The position numbers and the translations under genes are program-made. DNA of 64,000 nt from Antedon mediterranea (taxonomy: Eukaryota; Animalia; Echinodermata). Under the pieces are notes generated by a model. The model saw only the letters and a program-made list of their open reading frames with translations, made no database searches and had not been told where the DNA came from. The DNA lies in assembly GCF_964355755.1 (NCBI RefSeq), contig NC_092679.1, positions 9,082,201 to 9,146,200 on the forward strand, read 5' to 3'. Positions within the stretch are counted from its first letter, which is position 1. Every line of letters starts with the position of its first letter. This document shows positions 39,919-53,100 of this stretch, piece by piece.

Positions 39919-42900
39919 GTTGTTAACATAAAAACACCAAAGTGCTTAGAATAGCTTAAAATCGCATTTGGAGACACGTTTTAGACCATTTTGTGATTTT
40001 CGAAAAACTTGTTAACATAAAAACATCAAAGTGTACAGAATAGCTTCAAATCGCATTTGGAGACGTTTTAGACAATTTTGTGATTTTCAAAAAACTTGGT
40101 TACACAAAAACATCAAAGTGCTTGAAATCACATTAGAAACCGTTTTAGACCATTTTGAGCATTTCGATAAAACATTTCACACAAAAACATCAAAGAGCAC
40201 AAAGTAGCTTAATATCGTATTTAAAAACGTTTTTGACCATTTTGAGCATTTCGACAGAAAATTTTCACACAAAACATCAAAGTGTACAGAATAGCTTCAA
40301 ATCGCATTTGGAAACGTTTTAGACCATTTTGTGATTTTCGAAAAAAATTGTTTCCATAAAAACACCAAAGTGCTTAGAATAGCTTCAAATCGCATTTGTA
40401 GACGTTTTAGACCATTTTGTGATTTTCGAAAAAACTTGTTAACATAAAAACATCAAAGTGTACAGAATAGCTTCAAATCGCATTTAGAGACGTTTTAGAC
40501 CATTTTGTGATTTTCAAAAAAACTTGTTAACATAAAAACACCAAAGTGCTTAGAATAGCTTAAAATCGCATTTGGAGACGTTTTAGACCATTTTGTGATT
40601 TTCGAAAAACTTGTTAACATAAAAACATCAAAGTGTACAGAATAGCTTCAAATCGCATTTGGAGACGTTTTAGACAATTTTGTGATTTTCGAAAAACTTG
40701 GTTACACAAAAACATCAAAGTGCTTGAAATCACATTAGAAACCGTTTTACACCATTTTGAGCATTTCGATAAAACATTTCACACAAAAACATCAAAGAGC
40801 ACAAAGTAGCTTAATATCGTATTTAAAAACGTTTTTGACCATTTTGAGCATTTCGAAAGAAAATTTTCACACAAAACATCAAAGTGTACAGAATAGCTTC
40901 AAATCGCATTTGGAAACGTTTTAGACCATTTTGTGATTTTCGAAAAAACTTGTTAACATAAAAACATCAAAGTGTACAGAATAGCTTCAAATCGCATTTG
41001 TAGACGTTTTAGACCATTTTGTGATTTTCGAAAAAACTTGTTAACATAAAAACATCAAAGTGTACAGAATAGCTTCAAATCGCATTTGGAGACGTTTTAG
41101 ACCATTTTGTGATTTTCGAAAAAACTTGTTAACATAAAAACACCAAAGTGCTTAGAATAGCTTCAAATCGCATTTGGAGACATTTTAGACCATTTTGTGA
41201 TTTTCGAAAAAAGTTGTTAACATAAAAACATCAAAGTGTACAGAAAAGCTTCAAATCGCATTTAGAGACGTTTTAGACCATTTTGTGATTTTCGAAAAAC
41301 TTGTTAACATAAAAACATCAAAGTGTACAGAATAGCTTCAAATCGCATTTGGAGACGTTTTAGACCATTTTGTGATTTTCGAAAAACTTGTTAACATAAA
41401 AACATCAAAGTGTACAGAATAGCTTCAAATCGCATTTGGAGACGTTTTAGACAATTTTGTGATTTTCGAAAAACTTGGTTACACAAAAACATCAAAGTGC
41501 TTGAAATCACATTAGAAACCGTTTTAGACCATTTTGAGCATTTCGATAAAACATTTCACACAAAAACATCAAAGAGCACAAAGTAGCTTAATATCGTATT
41601 TAAAAACGTTTTTGACCATTTTGAGCATTTCGACAGAAAATTTTCACACAAAACATCAAAGTGTACAGAATAGCTTCAAATCGCATTTGGAAACGTTTTA
41701 GACCATTTTGTGATTTTCGAAAAAACTTGTTAACATAAAAGCATCAAAGTGTACAGTATAGCTTCAAATCGCATTTGTAGACGTTTTAGACCATTTTGTG
41801 ATTTTCGAAAAAACTTGTTAACATAAAAACATCAAAGTGTACAGAATAGCTTCAAATCACATTTGGAGACGTTTTAGACCATTTTGTGATTTTCGAAAAA
41901 AATTGTTTCCATAAAAACACCAAAGTGCTTAGAATAGCTTCAAATCGCATTTGGAGACATTTTAGACCATTTTGTGATTTTCGAAAAAACTTGTTAACAT
42001 AAAAACATCAAAGTGTACAGAAAAGCTTCAAATCTCATTTAGAGACGTTTTAGACCATTTTGTGATTTTCAAAAAAACTTGTTAACATAAAAACACCAAA
42101 GTGCTTAGAATAGCTTAAAATCGCATTTGGAGACGTTTTAGACCATTTTGTGATTTTCGAAAAACTTGTTAAAATAAAAAAATCAAAGAGTACAGAATAG
42201 CTTCAAATCGCATTTGGAGACGTTTTAGACAATTTTGTGATTTTCGAAAAACTTGGTTACACAAAAACATCAAAGTGCTTGAAATCACATTAGAAACCGT
42301 TTTAGACCATTTTGAGCATTTCGATAAAACATTTCACACAAAAACATCAAAGAGCACAAAGTAGCTTAATATCGTATTTAAAAACGTTTTTGACCATTTT
42401 GAGCATTTCGACAGAAAATTTTCACACAAAACATCAAAGTGTACAGAATAGCTTCAAATCGCATTTGGAAACGTTTTAGACCATTTTGAGCATTTCGAAA
42501 AACTTGTTAACACAAAAACACCAAAGTGCTTAAAATAGCTTCAAATCGCATTTGGAGACGTTTTAGACCATTTTGTGATTTTCGAAAAAACTTGTTAACA
42601 TAAAAACACCAAAGTGCTTAAAATAGCTTTAAATCGCATTTGGAGATGTTTTAGACCATTTTGTGATTTTCTAAAAAACTTGTTAACATAAAAACATCAA
42701 AGTGTACAGAATAGCTTCAAATCGCATTTGGAGACGTTTTAGACAATTTTGTGATTTTCGAAAAACTTGTTAACACAAAAACACCAAACTGCTTAAAATA
42801 GCTTCAAATCACATTTGGAGACATTTTAGACCCTTTTGTGATTTTCAAAAAAACTTGGTTACACAAAAGCACCTAAGTGCTTAAAATAGCTTCAAATCGC

Positions 42901-44168
42901 ATTTGGAGACGTTTTAGACCATTTTGTGATTTTCGAAAAAACTAGTTAACATAAAAACATCAAAGTGCTTAAAATCACATTAGAAATCGTTTTAGACCAT
43001 TTTGAGCATTTTGCTAAAACTTTTCACAAAAAAACATCAAAGAGCACAAAATAGCTTAATATCGTGTTTAAAAACGTTTTAGACCATTTTGAGCATTTCG
43101 AAAAACTTGTTAACACAAAAACACCAAAGTGCTTAAAATAGCTTCAAATCGCATTTGGAGACGTTTTAGACCATTTTGTGAGTTTCGAAAAAATTTGTTT
43201 AAATAAAAACACCAATGTGCTAAGAATAGTTTAAAATCGCATTTGCAGACGTTTTAGACCATTTTGTGATTTTCGAAAAAAACTTGTTAACATAAAAACA
43301 CAAAAGTGTTTAGAATAGCTTCAAATTGCATTTGTAGACGTTTTAGACAATTTTGTGATCTTCGAAAAAACTTGTTAACATAAAAACATCAAAGTGTACA
43401 GAATAGCTTCAAATCGCATTTGGAGACGTTTTAGACCATTTTGTGATTTTCGAAAAAACTTGTTAACATAAAAACACCAAAGTGTAAAGAAAAGCTTCAA
43501 ATCGCATTTTGAAACGTTTTAGACCATTTTGTGATTTTCGAAAAAACTTGTTAACATAAAAACATCAAAGTGTACAGATTAGCTTCAAATCGCATTTGGA
43601 GACGTTTTAGACCATTTTGTGATTTTCGAAAAAACTTGTTAACATAAAAACACCAAAGTGTACAGAAAAGCTTCAAATCGCTATTGGAGACGTTTTAGAC
43701 CATTTTGTGATTTTCGAAAAAAATTGTTTCCATAAAAACACCAAAGTGCTTAGAATAGCTTCAAATCGCATTTGGAGACATTTTAGACCATTTTGTGATT
43801 TTCGAAAAAAGTTGTTAACATAAAAACATCAAAGTGTACAGAAAAGCTTCAAATCGCATTTAGAGACGTTTTAGACCATTTTGTGATTTTCAAAAAAACT
43901 TGTTAACATAAAAACACCAAAGTGCTTAGAATAGCTTAAAATCGCATTTTAGACCATTTTGTGATTTTCGAAAAACTTGTTAACATAAAAACATCAAAGT
44001 GTACAGAATAGCTTAAAATCGCTATTGGAGACGTTTTAGACCATTTTGTGATTTTCGAAAAAACTTGTTAACATAAAAACATCAAAGTGCTTAGAATAGC
44101 TTCAAATCGCATTTGGAGAAAATTTAGACCATTTTGTGATTTTCGAAAAAAGTTAACATAAAAACATT

Positions 44169-47100
44169 AAAGTGTACAGAAAAGCTTCAAATCGCATTTA
44201 GAGACGTTTTAGACCATTTTGTGATTTTCGAAAAACTTGTTAACATAAAAACATCAAAGTGTACAGAATAGCTTCAAATCGCATTTGGAGACGTTTTAGA
44301 CCATTTTGTGATTTTCGAAAAACTTGTTAACATAAAAACATCAAAGTGTACAGAATAGCTTCAAATCGCATTTGGAGACGTTTTAGACAATTTTGTGATT
44401 TTCGAAAAACTTGGTTACACAAAAACATCAAAGTGCTTGAAATCACATTAGAAACCGTTTTAGACCATTTTGAGCATTTCGATAAAACATTTCACACAAA
44501 AACATCAAAGAGCACAAAGTAGCTTAATATCGTATTTAAAAACGTTTTTGACCATTTTGAGCATTTCGAAAGAAAATTTTCACACAAAACATCAAAGTGT
44601 ACAGAATAGCTTCAAATCGCATTTGGAAACGTTTTAGACCATTTTGTGATTTTCGAAAAACTTGTTAACACAAAAACACCAAAGTGCTTAAAATAGCTTC
44701 AAATCGCATTTGGAGACGTTTTAGACCATTTTGTGATTTTCGAAAAAACTTGTTAACATAAAAACACAAAAGTGCTTAGAATAGCTTCAAATCGCATTTG
44801 TAGACGTTTTAGACCATTTTGTGATTTTCGAAAAAACTTGTTAATCTAAAAACACCAAAGTGCTTTAAATAGCTTCAAATCGCATTTACAGACATTTTAG
44901 ACCCTTTTGTGATTTTCGAAAAAACTTGTTAACATAAAAACATCAAAGTGTACAGATTAGCTACAAATCGCATTTGTAGACGTTTTAGACCATTTTGTGA
45001 TTTTCGAAAAAACTTGCTAACATAAAAACATCAAAGTGTACAGAATAGCTTCAAATCACATTTGGAGACGTTTTAGACCATTTTGTGATTTTCGAAAAAA
45101 ATTGTTTCCATAAAAACACCAAAGTGCTTAGAATAGCTTCAAATCGCATTTGGAGACATTTTAGACCATTTTGTGATTTTCGAAAAAACTTGTTAACATA
45201 AAAACACAAAAGTGCTTAGAATAGCTTCAAATCGCATTTGTAGACGTTTTAGACCATTTTGTGATTTTCGAAAAAACTTGTTAACCTAAAAACACCAAAG
45301 TGCTTTAAATAGCTTCAAATCGCATTTACAGACATTTTAGACCCTTTTGTGATTTTCGAAAAAACTTGTTAACCTAAAAACACCAAAGTGCTTTAAATAG
45401 CTTCAAATCGCATTTACAGACATTTTAGACCCTTTTGTGATTTTCGAAAAAACTTGTTAACATAAAAACATCAAAGTGTACAGATTAGCTTCAAATCGCA
45501 TTTGTAGACGTTTTAGACCATTTTGTGATTTTCGAAAAAACTTGCTAACATAAAAACATCAAAGTGTATAGAATAGCTTCAAATCGCATTTGGAGACATT
45601 TTAGACCATTTTGTGATTTTCGAAAAAACTTGTTAACATAAAAACATCAAAATGTACAGAAAAGCTTCAAATCTCATTTAGAGACGTTTTAGACCATTTT
45701 GTGATTTCAAAAAAACTTGTTAACATAAAAACACCAAAGTGCTTAGAATAGCTTAAAATCGCATTTGGAGACGTTTTAGACCATTTTGTGATTTTCGAAA
45801 AACTTGTTAACATAAAAACATCAAAGAGTACAGAATAGCTTCAAATCGCATTTGGAGACGTTTTAGACAATTTTGTGATTTTCGAAAAACTTGGTTACAC
45901 AAAAACATCAAAGTGCTTGAAATCACATTAGAAACCGTTTTAGACCATTTTGAGCATTTCGATAAAACATTTCACACAAAAACATCAAAGAGCACAAAGT
46001 AGCTTAATATCGTATTTAAAAACGTTTTTGACCATTTTGAGCATTTCGACAGAAAATTTTCACACAAAACATCAAAGTGTACAGAATAGCTTCAAATCGC
46101 ATTTGGAAACGTTTTAGACCATTTTGAGCATTTCGAAAAACTTGTTAACACAAAAACACCAAAGTGCTTAAAATAGCTTCAAATCGCATTTGGAGACGTT
46201 TTAGACCATTTTGTGATTTTCGAAAAAACTTGTTAACATAAAAACACCAAAGTGCTTAAAATAGCTTTAAATCGCATTTGGAGATGTTTTAGACCATTTT
46301 GTGATTTTCTAAAAAACTTGTTAACATAAAAACATCAAAGTGTACAGAATAGCTTCAAATCGCATTTGGAGACGTTTTAGACAATTTTGTGATTTCCGAA
46401 AAACTTGTTAACACAAAAACACCAAAGTGCTTAAAATAGCTTCAAATCACATTTGGAGACATTTTAGACCCTTTTGTGATTTTCAAAAAAACTTGGTTAC
46501 ACAAAAGCACTTAAGTGCTTAAAATAGCTTCAAATCGCATTTGGAGACGTTTTAGACCATTTTGTGATTTTCGAAAAAACTAGTTAACATAAAAACATCA
46601 AAGTGCTTAAAATCACATTAGAAATCGTTTTAGACCATTTTGAGCATTTTGCTAAAACTTTTCACAAAAAAACACCAAAGAGCACAAAATAGCTTAATAT
46701 CGTGTTTAAAAACGTTTTAGACCATTTTGAGCATTTCGAAAAACTTGTTAACACAAAAACACCAAAGTGCTTAAAATAGCTTCAAATCGCATTTGGAGAC
46801 GTTTTAGACCATTTTGTGAGTTTCGAAAAAATTTGTTTAAATAAAAACACCAATGTGCTAAGAATAGTTTAAAATCGCATTTGCAGACGTTTTAGACCAT
46901 TTTGTGATTTTCGAAAAAACTTGTTAACATAAAAACACAAAAGTGCTTAGAATAGCTTCAAATTGCATTTGTAGACGTTTTAGACCATTTTGTGATCTTC
47001 GAAAAAACTTGTTAACATAAAAACATCAAAGTGTACAGATTAGCTTCAAATCGCATTTGGAGACGTTTTAGACCATTTTGTGATTTTCGAAAAAACTTGT

Positions 47101-50100
47101 TAACATAAAAACACCAAAGTGTACAGAAAAGCTTCAAATCGCTATTGGAGACGTTTTAGACCATTTTGTGATTTTCGAAAAAAATTGTTTCCATAAAAAC
47201 ACCAAAGTGCTTAGAATAGCTTCAAATCGCATTTGGAGACATTTTAGACCATTTTGTGATTTTCGAAAAAAGTTGTTAACATAAAAACATCAAATTGTAC
47301 AGAAAAGCTTCAAATCGCATTTAGAGACGTTTTAGACCATTTTGTGATTTTCAAAAAAACTTGTTAACATAAAAACACCAAAGTGCTTAGAATAGCTTAA
47401 AATCGCATTTGGAGACGTTTTAGACCATTTTGTGATTTTCGAAAAACTTGTTAACATAAAAACATCAAAGTGTACAGAATAGCTTAAAATCGCTATTGGA
47501 GACGTTTTAGACCATTTTGTGATTTTCGAAAAAACTTGGTAACATAAAAACATCAAAGTGCTTAGAATAGCTTCAAATCGCATTTGGAGACATTTTAGAC
47601 CCTTTTGTGATTTTCGAAAAAACTTGTTAACATAAAAACATCAAAGTGTACAGATTAGCTTCAAATCGCATTTGTAGACGTTTTAGACAATTTTGTAATT
47701 TTCGAAAAAACTTGCTAACATAAAAACATCAAAGTGTACAGAATAGCTTCAAATCACATTTGGAGACGTTTTAGACCATTTTGTGATTTTCGAAAAAAAT
47801 TGTTTCCATAAAAACACCAAAGTGCTTAGAATAGCTTCAAATCGCATTTGGAGACATTTTAGACCATTTTGTGATTTTCGAAAAAACTTGTTAACATAAA
47901 AACATCAAAATGTACAGAAAAGCTTCAAATCTCATTTAGAGACATTTTAGACCATTTTGTGATTTCAAAAAAACTTGTTAACATAAAAACACCAAAGTGC
48001 TTAGAATAGCTTAAAATCGCATTTGGAGACGTTTTAGACCATTTTGTGATTTTCGAAAAACTTGTTAACATAAAAACATCAAAGAGTACAGAATAGCTTC
48101 AAATCGCATTTGGAGACGTTTTAGACAATTTTGTGATTTTCGAAAAACTTGGTTACACAAAAACATCAAAGTGCTTGAAATCACATTAGAAACCGTTTTA
48201 GACCATTTTGAGCATTTCGATAAAACATTTCACACAAAAACATCAAAGAGCACAAAGTAGCTTAATATCGTTTTTAAAAACGTTTTTGACCATTTTGAGC
48301 ATTTCGACAGAAAATTTTCACACAAAACATCAAAGTGTACAGAATAGCTTCAAATCGCATTTGGAAACGTTTTAGACCATTTTGAGCATTTCGAAAAACT
48401 TGTTAACACAAAAACACCCAAGTGCTTAAAATAGCTTCAAATCGCATTTGGAGACGTTTTAGACCATTTTGTGATTTTCGAAAAAACTTGTTAACATAAA
48501 AACACCAAAGTGCTTAAAATAGCTTTAAATCGCATTTGGAGATGTTTTAGACCATTTTGTGATTTTCTAAAAAACTTGTTAACATAAAAACATCAAAGTG
48601 TACAGAATAGCTTCAAATCGCATTTGGAGACGTTTTAGACAATTTTGTGATTTCCGAAAAACTTGTTAACACAAAAACACCAAAGTGCTTAAAATAGCTT
48701 CAAATCACATTTGGAGACATTTTAGACCCTTTTGTGATTTTCAAAAAAACTTGGTTACACAAAAGCACCTAAGTGCTTAAAATAGCTTCAAATCGCATTT
48801 GGAGACGTTTTAGACCATTTTGTGATTTTCGAAAAAACTAGTTAACATAAAAACATCAAAGTGCTTAAAATCACATTAGAAATCGTTTTAGACCATTTTG
48901 AGCATTTTGCTAAAACTTTTCACAAAAAAACACCAAAGAGCACAAAATAGCTTAATATCGTGTTTAAAAACGTTTTAGACCATTTTGAGCATTTCGAAAA
49001 ACTTGTTAACACAAAAACACCAAAGTGCTTAAAATAGCTTCAAATCGCATTTGGAGACGTTTTAGACCATTTTGTGAGTTTCGAAAAAATTTGTTTAAAT
49101 AAAAACACCAATGTGCTAAGAATAATTTCAAATCGCATTTGCAGACGTTTTAGACCATTTTGTGATTTTCGAAAAAACTTGTTAACATAAAAACACAAAA
49201 GTGCTTAGAATAGCTTCAAATTGCATTTGTAGACGTTTTAGAACATTTTGTGATTTTCGAAAAAACTTGTTAACATAAAAACATCAAAGTGTACAGAATA
49301 GCTTCAAATCGCATTTGGAGACGTTTTAGATCATTTTGTGATTTTCGAAAAAACTTGTTAACATAAAAACACCAAAGTGTAAAGAAAAGCTTCAAATTGC
49401 TATTGGAGACGTTTTAGACCATTTTGTGATTTTCGAAAAAAATTGTTTCCATAAAAACACCAAAGTGCTTAGAATAGCTTCAAATCGCATTTGGAGACAT
49501 TTTAGACCATTTTGTGATTTTCGAAAAAAGTTGTTAACATAAAAACATCAAAGTGTACAGAATAGCTTAAAATCGCTATTGGAGACGTTTTAGACCATTT
49601 TGTGATTTTCGAAAAAACTTGTTAACATAAAAACATCAAAGTGCTTAGAATAGCTTCAAATCGCATTTGGAGACATTTTAGACCATTTTGTGATTTTCGA
49701 AAAAAATTGTTTCCATAAAAACACCAAAGTGTACAGAAAAGCTTCAAATCGCATTTGGAGACGTTTTAGACCATTTTGTGATTTTCGAAAAAACTTGTTA
49801 ACATAAAAACACCAAAGTGCTTAAAATAGCTTTAAATCGCATTTGGAGATGTTTTAGACCATTTTGTGATTTTCTAAAAAACTTGTTAACATAAAAACAT
49901 CAAAGTGTACAGAATAGCTTCAAATCGCATTTGGAGACGTTTTAGACAATTTTGTGATTTCCGAAAAACTTGTTAACACAAAAACACCAAAGTGCTTAAA
50001 ATAGCTTCAAATCACATTTGGAGACATTTTAGACCCTTTTGTGATTTTCAAAAAAACTTGGTTACACAAAAGCACTTAAGTGCTTAAAATAGCTTCAAAT

Positions 50101-53100
50101 CGCATTTGGAGACGTTTTAGACCATTTTGTGATTTTCGAAAAAACTAGTTAACATAAAAACATCAAAGTGCTTAAAATCACATTAGAAATCGTTTTAGAC
50201 CATTTTGAGCATTTTGCTAAAACTTTTCACAAAAAAACACCAAAGAGCACAAAATAGCTTAATATCGTGTTTAAAAACGTTTTAGACCATTTTGAGCATT
50301 TCGAAAAACTTGTTAACACAAAAACACCAAAGTGCTTAAAATAGCTTCAAATCGCATTTGGAGACGTTTTAGACCATTTTGTGAGTTTCGAAAAAATTTG
50401 TTTAAATAAAAACACCAATGTGCTAAGAATAGTTTAAAATCGCATTTGCAGACGTTTTAGACCATTTTGTGATTTTCGAAAAAACTTGTTAACATAAAAA
50501 CACAAAAGTGCTTAGAATAGCTTCAAATTGCATTTGTAGACGTTTTAGACCATTTTGTGATCTTCGAAAAAACTTGTTAACATAAAAACATCAAAGTGTA
50601 CAGATTAGCTTCAAATCGCATTTGGAGACGTTTTAGACCATTTTGTGATTTTCGAAAAAACTTGTTAACATAAAAACACCAAAGTGTACAGAAAAGCTTC
50701 AAATCGCTATTGGAGACGTTTTAGACCATTTTGTGATTTTCGAAAAAAATTGTTTCCATAAAAACACCAAAGTGCTTAGAATAGCTTCAAATCGCATTTG
50801 GAGACATTTTAGACCATTTTGTGATTTTCGAAAAAAGTTGTTAACATAAAAACATCAAAGTGTACAGAAAAGCTTCAAATCGCATTTAGAGACGTTTTAG
50901 ACCATTTTGTGATTTTCAAAAAAACTTGTTAACATAAAAACACCAAAGTGCTTAGAATAGCTTAAAATCGCATTTGGAGACGTTTTAGACCATTTTGTGA
51001 TTTTCGAAAAACTTGTTAACATAAAAACATCAAAGTGTACAGAATAGCTTAAAATCGCTATTGGAGACATTTTAGACCATTTTGTGATTTTCGAAAAAAC
51101 TTGGTAACATAAAAACATCAAAGTGCTTAGAATAGCTTCAAATCGCATTTGGAGACATTTTAGACCATTTTGTGATTTTCGAAAAAAGTTGTTAACATAA
51201 AAACATCAAAGTGTACAGAAAAGCTTCAAATCGCATTTAGAGACGTTTTAGACCATTTTGTGATTTTCGAAAAACTTGTTAACATAAAAACATCAAAGTG
51301 TACAGAATAGCTTCAAATCGCATTTGGAGACGTTTTAGACCATTTTGTGATTTTCGAAAAACTTGTTAACATAAAAACATCAAAGTGTACAGAATAGCTT
51401 CAAATCGCATTTGGAGACGTTTTAGACAATTTTGTGATTTTCGAAAAACTTGGTTACACAAAAACATCAAAGTGCTTGAAATCACATTAGAAACCGTTTT
51501 AGACCATTTTGAGCATTTCGATAAAACATTTCACACAAAAACATCAAAGAGCACAAAGTAGCTTAATATCGTATTTAAAAACTTTTTTGACCATTTTGAG
51601 CATTTCGAAAGAAAATTTTCACACAAAACATCAAAGTGTACAGAATAGCTTCAAATCGCATTTGGAAACGTTTTAGACCATTTTGTGATTTTCGAAAAAC
51701 TTGTTAACACAAAAACACAAAAGTGCTTAAAATAGCTTTAAATCGCATTTGGAGACGTTTTAGACCATTTTGTGATTTTCGAAAAAACTTGTTAACATAA
51801 AAACACCAAAGTGTACAGAATAGCTTCAAATCGCATTTGGAGACGTTTTAGACAATTTTGTGATTTTCGAAAAACTTGGTTACACAAAAACATCAAAGTG
51901 CTTGAAATCACATTAGAAACCGTTTTAAACCATTTTGAGCATTTCGATAAAACATTTCACACAAAAACATCAAAGAGCACAAAGTAGCTTAATATCGTAT
52001 TTAAAAACGTTTTTGACCATTTTGAGCATTTCGACAGAAAATTTTCACACAAAACATCAAAGTGTACAGAATAGCTTCAAATCGCATTTGGAAACGTTTT
52101 AGACCATTTTGAGCATTTCGAAAAACTTGTTAACACAAAAACACCAAAGTGCTTAAAATAGCTTCAAATCGCATTTGCAGACGTTTTAGACCATTTTGTT
52201 ATTTTCGAAAAAACTTGTTAACATAAAAACACAAAAGTGCTTAGAATAGCTTCAAATCGCATTTGTAGACGTTTTAGACCATTTTGTGATTTTCGAAAAA
52301 AGTTGTTAACATAAAAACATCAAAGTGTACAGAAAAGCTTCAAATCGCATTTAGAGACGTTTTAGACCATTTTGTGATTTTCGAAAAACTTGTTAACATA
52401 AAAACATCAAAGTGTACAGAATAGCTTCAAATCGCATTTGGAGACGTTTTAGACCATTTTGTGATTTTCGAAAAACTTGTTAACATAAAAACATCAAAGT
52501 GTACAGAATAGCTTCAAATCGCATTTGGAGACGTTTTAGACAATTTTGTGATTTTCGAAAAACTTGGTTACACAAAAACATCAAAGTGCTTGAAATCACA
52601 TTAGAAACCGTTTTAGACCATTTTGAGCATTTCGATAAAACATTTCACACAAAAACATCAAAGAGCACAAAGTAGCTTAATATCGTATTTAAAAACGTTT
52701 TTGACCATTTTGAGCATTTCGAAAGAAAATTTTCACACAAAACATCAAAGTGTACAGAATAGCTTCAAATCGCATTTGGAAACGTTTTAGACCATTTTGT
52801 GATTTTCGAAAAACTTGTTAACACAAAAACACCAAAGTGCTTAAAATAGCTTCAAATCGCATTTGGAGACGTTTTAGACCATTTTGTGATTTTCGAAAAA
52901 ACTTGTTAACATAAAAACACAAAAGTGCTTAGAATAGCTTCAAATCGCATTTGTAGACGTTTTAGACCATTTTGTGATTTTCGAAAAAACTTGTTAATCT
53001 AAAAACACCAAAGTGCTTTAAATAGCTTCAAATCGCATTTACAGACATTTTAGACCCTTTTGTGATTTTCGAAAAAACTTGTTAACATAAAAACATCAAA

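Noticed and set aside
1-48238. Perfect giant palindrome centred on 24119 (snap-back or read fold-back artefact)
   Set aside because: The monomer variants immediately either side differ, and the true mirror partner of the left flank lies at 61620 onward, not at 24120 onward.
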